From Staphylococcus phage SeAlphi, in sequence record MZ152915.1: a stretch of DNA of 18,292 nt; one strand, given 5' to 3'. The translations under genes were made by a program, and so were the position numbers. The notes beneath the pieces are model-generated. The model was not told where the DNA came from and searched no databases. It worked only from the letters and a program-made list of their open reading frames with translations. This document shows, piece after piece, positions 7,377-15,267 of the stretch. How positions within the stretch are numbered: the stretch's first letter is position 1; every line of letters starts with the position of its first letter.

Positions 7377-9143
7377 ATGGCAGATAGAAAACTGACACAT
7401 TTTAAATTTTTCTATAATACACCACTGACAGATTATCAAAATACGATTCACTTTTCATCAAACAATGAACGTGACAACTATTTTTTAAATGAAAATCATT
7501 TTAAAGCAATTGATTATAAAAATATTCCGTTTAATTTTATACGTGATAGAAACATGGTGAATCTTGAGCAAATGTCATGGCAAGACGCACAGGGTATCAA
7601 TTATTGTACGTTTAAATCTGATTTTGAAAATAGACGTTATTATGCGTTTGTTAATCAAATTGAGTATGTCAACGATCATGTCACACGAATGTATTTAGTG
7701 ATTGATACAGTGATGACTTACACACAGGGTAATGTTTTATCAAATGTACAAAATGCGTTTATTGAACGTCAACATTTACCACGTGAGGTTTACAATTATT
7801 TATTACCCTCACTTAGAAATAACGATGATGTTATTAAAGCAAGTAACAAATACTATTTAAATAATTATCTTGAACAGTTTGGTGGTAATCTTGTTTTATT
7901 CCAATCAAGTGCTGATTTATCTAAAAAGTTTGGTACGAAAAAAGAGCCTAACCTAGAATCATCAAAAGGGATTACTTACGATTACATTACAAGTCCAGTG
8001 AATCTGTATGTGATGAATCGTAAAGACTTTAACGAATTTATGGATAAAATGAGTAAATATCCATGGATTACGCAAAACTTTCAAAAAATTATTTTAATAC
8101 CTGCTACATTTATTAATATTGATGATTTAGAACCAGTCAAAACACAAGAAGATATTAAAGGTTTAATGACACTCAAAAATGAAAAGTTATCGAATGAATG
8201 GGAATTAAAAGAATTACGTGTGCCTTTTGAAAAATTACAATATATGATTAATGCTAATCAAGATGAATTAAAACATTTAGTGAGAAATGAATATTTAACG
8301 ATTGAAATATATTCATGGAATGGTGACAGTTTATTACTTGACGCAGGAAAAATAACAGAAAAAACAGGGGTTAAATTAAGAACAAAATCTATTATTGGTT
8401 ACCATAATGAGGTACGTATTTATCCCGTTGACTATAACAGTGCGCCAAATGAAAAACCAATACAAGCAAGTGATAATTCAATATTGATTGATACGGGTTC
8501 ATTTTTAAATACTGCTATCACGTTTGATAGTTTTGCCGAAGTCCCTATTTTAATTGATAATGGATTACTGGCACAATCTCAACAAGCTAATAAACAAAAA
8601 AATGCACAAAGTAATTTAATATCTAATAGAATCAATAATGTTGTCAATGGTAATGATTTGAAATCAAGATTTTATGACGCCGTAAGCATTGGATCTAATC
8701 TTTCACCAACGGCATTATTTTCAAAATTTAATGATGAGTATAATTACTATAAAGAATTACGAGCAGAATATAAAGATTTAGCATTACAACCCCCTACTGT
8801 GACAAGTTCACAAATGGGAAATGCGTTCCAAATTGCAAATAGTATTAATGGATTAACAATGAAAATCGGTGTACCAGCGCCCTATGACATGGATAATATT
8901 CAACGTTATTATTTCATGTTAGGTTTTGAAACTAACGACCAAGCAGGAACACCATTCCCAATTGATTCATGGACGGTATGCAATTATTTAAGAATGAGAG
9001 GTACATATACTATTGACGGTATCGACCCTATGCTTTTAGAACAATTGAAAGTATTACTTGAAACGGGTGTCAGATTTTGGCATAACGACGGAACAAACAA
9101 TCCAATGGCACAAAATGTATTTAAAAATAAATTTAGAAAGTAG
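7377..9143 (+). CDS. Distal tail / tail knob protein (phi29 gp9-like)
   Basis: 588 aa with an AAGGAGG RBS. Its size (phi29 gp9 is 599 aa) and its position immediately before the holin and tail lysin fit the tail-knob slot. No diagnostic motif seen. Confidence 0.4.
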   Translation: MADRKLTHFKFFYNTPLTDYQNTIHFSSNNERDNYFLNENHFKAIDYKNIPFNFIRDRNMVNLEQMSWQDAQGINYCTFKSDFENRRYYAFVNQIEYVNDHVTRMYLVIDTVMTYTQGNVLSNVQNAFIERQHLPREVYNYLLPSLRNNDDVIKASNKYYLNNYLEQFGGNLVLFQSSADLSKKFGTKKEPNLESSKGITYDYITSPVNLYVMNRKDFNEFMDKMSKYPWITQNFQKIILIPATFINIDDLEPVKTQEDIKGLMTLKNEKLSNEWELKELRVPFEKLQYMINANQDELKHLVRNEYLTIEIYSWNGDSLLLDAGKITEKTGVKLRTKSIIGYHNEVRIYPVDYNSAPNEKPIQASDNSILIDTGSFLNTAITFDSFAEVPILIDNGLLAQSQQANKQKNAQSNLISNRINNVVNGNDLKSRFYDAVSIGSNLSPTALFSKFNDEYNYYKELRAEYKDLALQPPTVTSSQMGNAFQIANSINGLTMKIGVPAPYDMDNIQRYYFMLGFETNDQAGTPFPIDSWTVCNYLRMRGTYTIDGIDPMLLEQLKVLLETGVRFWHNDGTNNPMAQNVFKNKFRK

Positions 9144-9152
9144 GTTTAAAAA

Positions 9153-9560
9153 ATGGAAAAAGGTGAATTACACGTACAATATACACAAACTGACGCATTT
9201 CACACATTTATATATGCAGGTGATATAAAATTACTGTATTTTTTAATGATATTAATGTGTGTTGATATTATTACAGGTTTAGCAAAGGCATTTAAAAATA
9301 AAAATTTATGGAGTAGAAAATCAATGTATGGATTTGGTCGTAAAATACTTGTTTTCTGTATTATTATTTTAGCAAATATTATCGATCAAATTTTAAACTT
9401 AAATAATGGATTATTAATGGTAACAATATTTTTCTATATTGCGAATGAGGGATTATCTATTATTGAAAACTGTGCAGAAATGGGGGTTCTTATTCCAGAT
9501 GAAATAGGTGAAAAATTAAAAGTGATACGTGGAAAAAAAGAGGGTGGAAAAGATGAATGA
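9153..9560 (+). CDS. Holin (three predicted TM segments, phi29 gp14 / class I-like)
   Basis: 135 aa. Hydrophobic stretches are LLYFLMILMCVDIITGLAKAF, ILVFCIIILANIIDQIL and LLMVTIFFYIANEGL, with a charged C-terminus (RGKKEGGKDE). It lies next to the lysin gene. Confidence 0.75.
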   Translation: MEKGELHVQYTQTDAFHTFIYAGDIKLLYFLMILMCVDIITGLAKAFKNKNLWSRKSMYGFGRKILVFCIIILANIIDQILNLNNGLLMVTIFFYIANEGLSIIENCAEMGVLIPDEIGEKLKVIRGKKEGGKDE

Positions 9561-10974
9561 TAAAGAAAAAATTGATAAGTTTATACATTCCAATTTAAAT
9601 GATGATTTTGGGTTAAGTGTTGATGATTTAGTACCTAAAGTTAAGGGTATTGGACGATTTCAAGCGTGGTGTGGTAATGATTCAAGCAAAATTAGGCAGG
9701 TCTTGAATGCAGTTAAAAGCATTGGGGTATCACCTGCATTATTTAGTGCTTATGAAAAAAATGAGGGCTATAATGGTAGTTGGGGTTGGCTTAACCATAC
9801 AACACCACAGGGTAATTATTTATCAGACGCACAATTTGTTGCACGTAAACTTGTTTCTCAATCTCGTCAAGCAGGTACACCCTCATGGATTGACGCAGGA
9901 AATCCCGTAGACTTTGTGCCTGCAAGTGTAAAAGCAAAAGGTAATTATGATTTTTCACATAATATGAAAAATGGTAAAGTCGGTCGTGCATATATTCCAC
10001 TGACTGCAGCTGCAACTTGGGCTGCATATTATCCTGAGGGATTACAAGCAAGTTATAACCGAGTACAAACATATGGAAATCCATTCTTAGACGCTTCAAA
10101 CACGATTTTAGCTTGGGGTGGTAAAATAGACGGAAAAGGAGGTTCAAGTAGTGGTTCAAGTAGTTCTAGTGGTTCTAGTGGTGGGCTTGATGTTGTGGCA
10201 CGTGCCTTTGAAGAATTTCTCAAAAAATTACAAGACAGTATGCAGTGGGATTTGCATTCTATTGGTACTGATAAATTTTTTTCTAATCAGATGTTCACCA
10301 TTACAAAAACATACAATAACACCTATCGTTTAAACATGAATCAAAAATTACTTGATGAAATGAAAGACTTAATATCAAGAATTGACGGTGGTAGTGGTAG
10401 TGATACAGGTGCCGATGATAGTGAGGGTGGCGCAGATAAAGGGGGTAAATCAGTTGCACCTAATGGTAAAAGTGGACGTGTGATTGGTGGTAACTGGACT
10501 TATTCTCAATTACCACAAAAATATAAAGACGCAATTGACGTGCCACTATTTAAACCTAGTTATCTAAATAACAGTGGTAATACATTTCCGAGGTTTGGTA
10601 ATACAGGTCAATGTACAGAATTGACACAGTGTTATATGACACAATTACATGGTAAAGTACAACCTGCCGACGACGGACAAGTCACAAACGGTCAACGTGT
10701 GTGGGTGGTATATCGTAATCGTGGCGCACGTGTCACACATCGACCAACAGTTGGCTATGGATTTAGTAGTAAACCCCCTTATTTACAAGCCTCATTACCC
10801 GGTGTCGGACATACGGGTGTCGTAGTAGCAGTATTCAAAGACGGTTCATTTTTAGTAGCCAATTATAACGTGCCACCTTATTGGGCACCTAGTCGTGTTG
10901 TTGAATATACATTGATTGACGGTGTACCTGAAAATGCAGGGGATAATATTATGTTTTTTAGTGGCATTAAGTAA
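9553..10974 (+). CDS. Virion (tail-tip) peptidoglycan hydrolase: N-terminal glycosidase-like domain, Gly/Ser linkers, C-terminal CHAP peptidase domain
   Basis: The likely start is the ATG at 9553, which has a GAGGGTGG RBS and overlaps the holin stop by 8 nt. The ORF track instead starts at 9529. The C-terminus has a CHAP signature (GNTGQCTELTQCYM ... GVGHTGVVVAVFKDGSFLVANYN, the Cys/His catalytic pair). There are two flexible linkers (GGSSSGSSSSSGSSGG; GGSGSDTGADDSEGGADKGG). The two-domain tail lysin architecture parallels phi29 gp13. Confidence 0.8.
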   Translation: MNDKEKIDKFIHSNLNDDFGLSVDDLVPKVKGIGRFQAWCGNDSSKIRQVLNAVKSIGVSPALFSAYEKNEGYNGSWGWLNHTTPQGNYLSDAQFVARKLVSQSRQAGTPSWIDAGNPVDFVPASVKAKGNYDFSHNMKNGKVGRAYIPLTAAATWAAYYPEGLQASYNRVQTYGNPFLDASNTILAWGGKIDGKGGSSSGSSSSSGSSGGLDVVARAFEEFLKKLQDSMQWDLHSIGTDKFFSNQMFTITKTYNNTYRLNMNQKLLDEMKDLISRIDGGSGSDTGADDSEGGADKGGKSVAPNGKSGRVIGGNWTYSQLPQKYKDAIDVPLFKPSYLNNSGNTFPRFGNTGQCTELTQCYMTQLHGKVQPADDGQVTNGQRVWVVYRNRGARVTHRPTVGYGFSSKPPYLQASLPGVGHTGVVVAVFKDGSFLVANYNVPPYWAPSRVVEYTLIDGVPENAGDNIMFFSGIK

Positions 10975-10980
10975 AAATTA

Positions 10981-10989
10981 TGCTATAAT
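10981..10989 (+). promoter_or_regulatory. Extended -10 element TGCTATAAT downstream of the last late gene
   Basis: Perfect TGnTATAAT match 7 nt after the lysin stop. The only thing it could drive is an approximately 110-nt untranslated segment ending at the bidirectional terminator. Confidence 0.3.
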
Positions 10990-11069
10990 ATAAGTATGCT
11001 AGAACATTCTAGTAAATAAACAACAAAACATAATCCGTATGGCAAACGTCACTTGTCACTATACCTCGT

Positions 11070-11107
11070 AAAAAAAGACGCTACTATCATGTAGCGTCAT
11101 TTTTTAT
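11070..11107. terminator. Bidirectional rho-independent terminator at the convergence of the late (+) and early (-) operons
   Basis: A7 run, then stem GACGCTAC (11077..11084) pairing with GTAGCGTC (11091..11098) around a TATCAT loop, then ATTTTTTAT. It is symmetric, so it terminates both strands. The DNA polymerase stop codon sits in the loop. Confidence 0.75.
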
Positions 11108-13378
11108 ATCTTGATGAACCATATATAAAATATTAATATCACATTTATTTTTAATTTCAAATTGATAAGGAAATAGATCACTAAATGAAAATGCGCCAAC
11201 ATCACTTTCAATGTATAATATATCATCGTCATTGACATCATCATATTCACGTCTTGCTTGTTTTAATACATCTTCTTTTCTATCCTCTAATTCTTTAGTG
11301 AAATAATAATCATAAGGCGTACCTTTTTCAATATATGTTTTTGACGGGTAAATAGATATTGTTTTTTGTTCGTTATAAATGGATTTATTGTTATACACAA
11401 TTGCTTTATGGTGAAAATCATTTTTAATAAAATTTTCAAAAGATTGATTCTTATTAAATGCGTCTAATGGAATACCTGCACTGGCAATTTTAATTGTGTT
11501 ATCTTCTTTTTGGTAGGCGTACTTTTTATGATTGAGTACATACATTTTTTTAATGACATGATTTTCTATATCCCACTTACCTAATGCAATAGGGTCAAAT
11601 AATTCATCATTTAATTTATGTTTAATTTTTGATTTTAAATATAAACTGTCAGTATCACAATATATAAAGCAGTCATCTATTTCAGATTGTGTTAGAGACT
11701 TTAATGGTTCAAGTAAATTATAAAGGGCTTGTGATGTCACAAAAGTAGAAAATAATAAATTACGTTCACTGTTTTTATATCCATTTTCATGGTTAACTAA
11801 AAAACCGTCCTCATCACGTCTAAACAAATTAAAATGTGACCGTAAAGCAGGTATACCATACAGACCATTTAAAACAACTTTACTTAACATGATTTCTTCT
11901 TTTGAATAAGTATGTGTATTGACTTCATCAGTGATCGTGTAATTATAGGGTGAATCCATAATGATTTTTTTATCTAATTTACCTTGCGTTTTGATGAAAT
12001 AATTATGATGAATAATATCACGAGCGCCAAAGTATTCACATTCATAGCACACAAAAGCAAACACTTTTATTTTGTCAAAAGTTAAACCCGTTAAATCTTC
12101 AATCATGCGTAAAGTGTTTGTATTTATATTAACAAACTTTTTGTCATTATTGTAGTATTTAACAAGACATTGCTTAATTAAATCACTTTCAATATTTCTT
12201 AAAATAGTACGATTAAATGTGACCTTATCCATTTTATAAAGTGAAAAATAATCTTTATTGGTTAAATCAATGTGTATCGTTGTCGGTTGTTCATATTCAT
12301 CAAAATCATAAATATACATCGGTAATTTTTCATGATACATCACATAGGGATAACTACTATTTATGTCTATTGAAAAACATTCCTCATTGATGATTTTATC
12401 AACATAACGTGAATTATACATATTTAATCCACCACGATAGAAACCCTTAATAAAGTCATAAAAATTCATATCAAAAAAAGTAAAATCTGTGTATGATATT
12501 TTTTGCTTTCCTTTTTGGTTTAATAATTGTAAGCGTGTTGTTTCATTATTGATATAACTTTTCATAATATTAACACTAAAGGTCATTGCACTATAATCAA
12601 AATTAGGGAATATATCACTATAATGTATGTGGCACATACCTAAAATAATGACATCGTTTCTAATATAGGTCATTTGTGATTCTGTAAGTTGATGAAAACA
12701 TTCATATGCATAATCATAGGCTTGTGTATCTGTCATATCATGTTCTACATCAAACACATCATATTGAAAATCAGTTTTTAATTCATCTTCACTAATATAG
12801 CCACCGTCTTTGAGCTTTTTACCTAATGTAGCGATTGATGTATTTGTTTTCATAAAATTATCTATAATATTAAATTTAAATCCTTTTAAATACATCATTA
12901 AATCTAAATTGATACTTGATTTAACACGTTTTTCTAATATAACATTGGTTTCTTTAGATAATAATTTTGCTTCATTCATATTAATTGTGTTTGAATTATC
13001 ATCAGCACTTTTCATATATAAATTTTCAATAATCAGATCATCACTGAAAAAATGTTGTGTATCGTGTAGTAAAAAGTGATTATCATATTTATTACAGTTA
13101 TGTGCTATCATGTTGATTGTCGTTTTTGATTTAGTGATGGTGTCACGTCTTTTTGCATAATCAAAAAAAGATTGATAAAATGCTTTAAAACTAGGAAAAA
13201 CTTCAACATCAATATGTTGTCCGTCATACCAACCAATAGCAAGACTATAAGTCACATTTTTATATTTAGTTGGTTTTTCTCTTCCTGCTACCTTATTATA
13301 GTTTAATGTTTCAATATCCCAATAAAGATATAAATTTTTTTGACCTTTATGTTTTTGCATTGCTTCTAATAATCCCAT
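11087..13378 (-). CDS. Protein-primed family-B DNA polymerase (phi29 gp2-like)
   Basis: 763 aa. Exo I is WDIET, Exo II is AHNCNKYDNHF and Exo III is YIRNDVIIL. Motif A is DINSSYPYVMY, motif B (Kx3NSxYG) is KVVLNGLYG, motif C is YCDTDSLY, and KxY-like is LGKWDIE. These closely parallel phi29 polymerase motifs (YIKNDIQII, DVNSLYPAQMY, KLMLNSLYG, YCDTDSIH). RBS is AGAGGTG. Confidence 0.95.
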   Translation of the reverse strand: MGLLEAMQKHKGQKNLYLYWDIETLNYNKVAGREKPTKYKNVTYSLAIGWYDGQHIDVEVFPSFKAFYQSFFDYAKRRDTITKSKTTINMIAHNCNKYDNHFLLHDTQHFFSDDLIIENLYMKSADDNSNTINMNEAKLLSKETNVILEKRVKSSINLDLMMYLKGFKFNIIDNFMKTNTSIATLGKKLKDGGYISEDELKTDFQYDVFDVEHDMTDTQAYDYAYECFHQLTESQMTYIRNDVIILGMCHIHYSDIFPNFDYSAMTFSVNIMKSYINNETTRLQLLNQKGKQKISYTDFTFFDMNFYDFIKGFYRGGLNMYNSRYVDKIINEECFSIDINSSYPYVMYHEKLPMYIYDFDEYEQPTTIHIDLTNKDYFSLYKMDKVTFNRTILRNIESDLIKQCLVKYYNNDKKFVNINTNTLRMIEDLTGLTFDKIKVFAFVCYECEYFGARDIIHHNYFIKTQGKLDKKIIMDSPYNYTITDEVNTHTYSKEEIMLSKVVLNGLYGIPALRSHFNLFRRDEDGFLVNHENGYKNSERNLLFSTFVTSQALYNLLEPLKSLTQSEIDDCFIYCDTDSLYLKSKIKHKLNDELFDPIALGKWDIENHVIKKMYVLNHKKYAYQKEDNTIKIASAGIPLDAFNKNQSFENFIKNDFHHKAIVYNNKSIYNEQKTISIYPSKTYIEKGTPYDYYFTKELEDRKEDVLKQARREYDDVNDDDILYIESDVGAFSFSDLFPYQFEIKNKCDINILYMVHQDIKNDAT

Positions 13379-13402
13379 GTTCTACACCTCTAATCAAAAA
13401 AC

Positions 13403-13431
13403 ATTATATCATAAAAAAAGCAATATGTAAA
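13403..13431 (-). promoter_or_regulatory. Sigma-A-type promoter for the DNA polymerase gene (TTTACA-N17-TATAAT with TG extension), minus strand
   Basis: Minus-strand reading is TTTACAtattgctttttttaTGaTATAAT. The -35 lies at 13426..13431 and the -10 at 13403..13408. The -35 sits within the 3' arm of the hairpin that follows the ATPase gene. Confidence 0.5.
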
Positions 13432-13446
13432 AACTTTACACATTGC
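13420..13446 (-). terminator. Hairpin overlapping the packaging ATPase stop codon (attenuator)
   Basis: Minus-strand GCAATGTGTAAA-gttt-TTACATATTGC forms an 11 of 12 bp stem, followed by a U7 run. Confidence 0.4.
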
Positions 13447-14695
13447 TTATAAATGATTTTACTAGATTTTTTTTAGTTCTTTCAATGTAGTTATCATGAT
13501 ACATTTTTTCTTTTTGTTCAAAAGGTTGATAACCTTTTTTGTTACGTTCTGTTTTTAAATGATACTTTATAATCTTGTTCATGTTTAAATGAATAAAATC
13601 GTCCTCATTGAGTATAAATGATTTACTGTATGCATTATCAAAATGAAGATTTGAGGGGTTATAATAACGCCTTTGATGATTATCTTTATAAAATGATTCT
13701 TTTAAAAATAATGCACCATGTTCAACATCTGATACATCAGTACAAAACTGGTAATTTTCGGAATAGGGTACAACTTTAATATTCGTTTGATAATCATTTA
13801 AGTTATACATCACTTTAATATAATTATAGGGTGTTTTGATATGGAAAAAGTTTCCATTACTTGATATGTGCGCCCTCAAATAATCATCTGCTAAATTAAA
13901 TGTATTAAAATCAAATTCACCTGTTGTCATAGAATCATCATCAGTATTAAATGCACGTGTGTTACGATTCTCATTAGAAAATTCATTTCTTCTCATCTCA
14001 AGCATGATATTACTATACTGACGTTTGCTATTCATACCAAATTTTGAGTGATGTTGTAATTGTTCATAAATATTTAAGTTTGCGAGTAGTGGACTAGAAA
14101 AGTTTACTGCATTTCCTAGTAATACAATTTTAGGTATTTTGATATATTCAATATTACCATGGTTACGATCAATACTTTCATATATGGTTTTCAACTTTTC
14201 CCACTCATCTATGAGGTAATCGCTTTCTAATGCTAAAAACTCATCATAAATAATGATAGGAAAATTCTTCATAAAGTTAGAATGATATTTTAAATCGGTT
14301 GCATTATTAAGGTGAGTAATAATACCAATTTCTTTATCACCATAACCCACTGCAATATAATCTTGCGTATTTCTAAAAAATAAATCTTTATCATTAAAAT
14401 GTTTTTGTTCAATACATATTCTTTCAAGTAATTCACGATAAGCGTCACGCAATGTATGATGTCTTGCTAGTAAAGTAAACTTAATATCTAAATCAATAGC
14501 TAACTTCATAAAAAATGCAACATAGTTAAATGTTTTACCGTCTGAACGGTTGGATATGGAAATTAAAAAATCAATATCTAAATTCATTAAGTCATCTGCA
14601 AGTTCAATTTGGTTATATTGTTTGGGAATAGAACGTCTAAACTTAGTGACAAAATTTTGATAGTCTTTGACTTCATTTAATCGTGACTTTTTCAT
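13436..14695 (-). CDS. DNA encapsidation (packaging) ATPase, phi29 gp16-like
   Basis: 419 aa with an AAGGAGG RBS. A deviant Walker A is present near the N-terminus (SNRSDGKT) and a Walker B about 100 aa later (IIIYDEF). It is adjacent to the polymerase gene, as in staphylococcal picoviruses. Confidence 0.65.
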   Translation of the reverse strand: MKKSRLNEVKDYQNFVTKFRRSIPKQYNQIELADDLMNLDIDFLISISNRSDGKTFNYVAFFMKLAIDLDIKFTLLARHHTLRDAYRELLERICIEQKHFNDKDLFFRNTQDYIAVGYGDKEIGIITHLNNATDLKYHSNFMKNFPIIIYDEFLALESDYLIDEWEKLKTIYESIDRNHGNIEYIKIPKIVLLGNAVNFSSPLLANLNIYEQLQHHSKFGMNSKRQYSNIMLEMRRNEFSNENRNTRAFNTDDDSMTTGEFDFNTFNLADDYLRAHISSNGNFFHIKTPYNYIKVMYNLNDYQTNIKVVPYSENYQFCTDVSDVEHGALFLKESFYKDNHQRRYYNPSNLHFDNAYSKSFILNEDDFIHLNMNKIIKYHLKTERNKKGYQPFEQKEKMYHDNYIERTKKNLVKSFISNV

Positions 14696-14753
14696 TTTTT
14701 AACCTCCTTATCTGAATAATATTCAATAATATCATCAACAGTTTCAAACATAA

Positions 14754-15257
14754 TTAACCCACCTGTCTAACATAATAGACAACGTTGTATTTGACTTGTT
14801 TTTTATTCACAATACTATCTACTTTTGTAGCTTCTTCAAGTTCTTCAAATAGTTCTTCCGTTGATTTAATAAAGTGGGATATTTCTTGTGAACCGTCATT
14901 GTCTTTAACTGCTTCTTGGAATAAGTGGCGTTTGTGCATATTACCTTTTTGTTCCCAATCATAATCAAGTTGTTTATAGACATTTTCTATTTCTGTTAAC
15001 TTTTCTTGGTTTTTACCACTCACTAAACTTTTAGCGTCATTATATGCAATCTTTTTTGGTTTGGGTAATTTGACTTTACCTTTTTCAACAAATAGGTTGT
15101 TAAAATGATTATATTCATGAATGTATTCTTTTTGTAATTCTTCATCATCAAATAAAAAAACAAAACCGTCACGTTCATAGGTTGATTGTTTTTTTGTTGT
15201 GGATTCCCTAAAAGCATTTGAACGTGCAATACGATTACTTTTGTTCCCTCTTTTCAT
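14754..15257 (-). CDS. Hypothetical early protein with strongly basic N-terminus (candidate DNA-binding or terminal-protein-like)
   Basis: 167 aa. The N-terminal 30 aa is K/R-rich (MKRGNKSNRIARSNAFRESTTKKQ) and the C-terminal half is acidic. RBS is GAGGTG. No recognisable catalytic motif. Confidence 0.45.
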   Translation of the reverse strand: MKRGNKSNRIARSNAFRESTTKKQSTYERDGFVFLFDDEELQKEYIHEYNHFNNLFVEKGKVKLPKPKKIAYNDAKSLVSGKNQEKLTEIENVYKQLDYDWEQKGNMHKRHLFQEAVKDNDGSQEISHFIKSTEELFEELEEATKVDSIVNKKQVKYNVVYYVRQVG

Positions 15258-15267
15258 TGTCTACACC

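Noticed and set aside
14697-14756. 19-codon micro-ORF (MFETVDDIIEYYSDKEVKK) between the 167-aa gene stop and the ATPase start, sharing ATGA with the ATPase start
   Set aside because: It is too short and lacks its own RBS. Most likely it is incidental reading-frame continuity in the ATPase leader, although translational coupling cannot be excluded.
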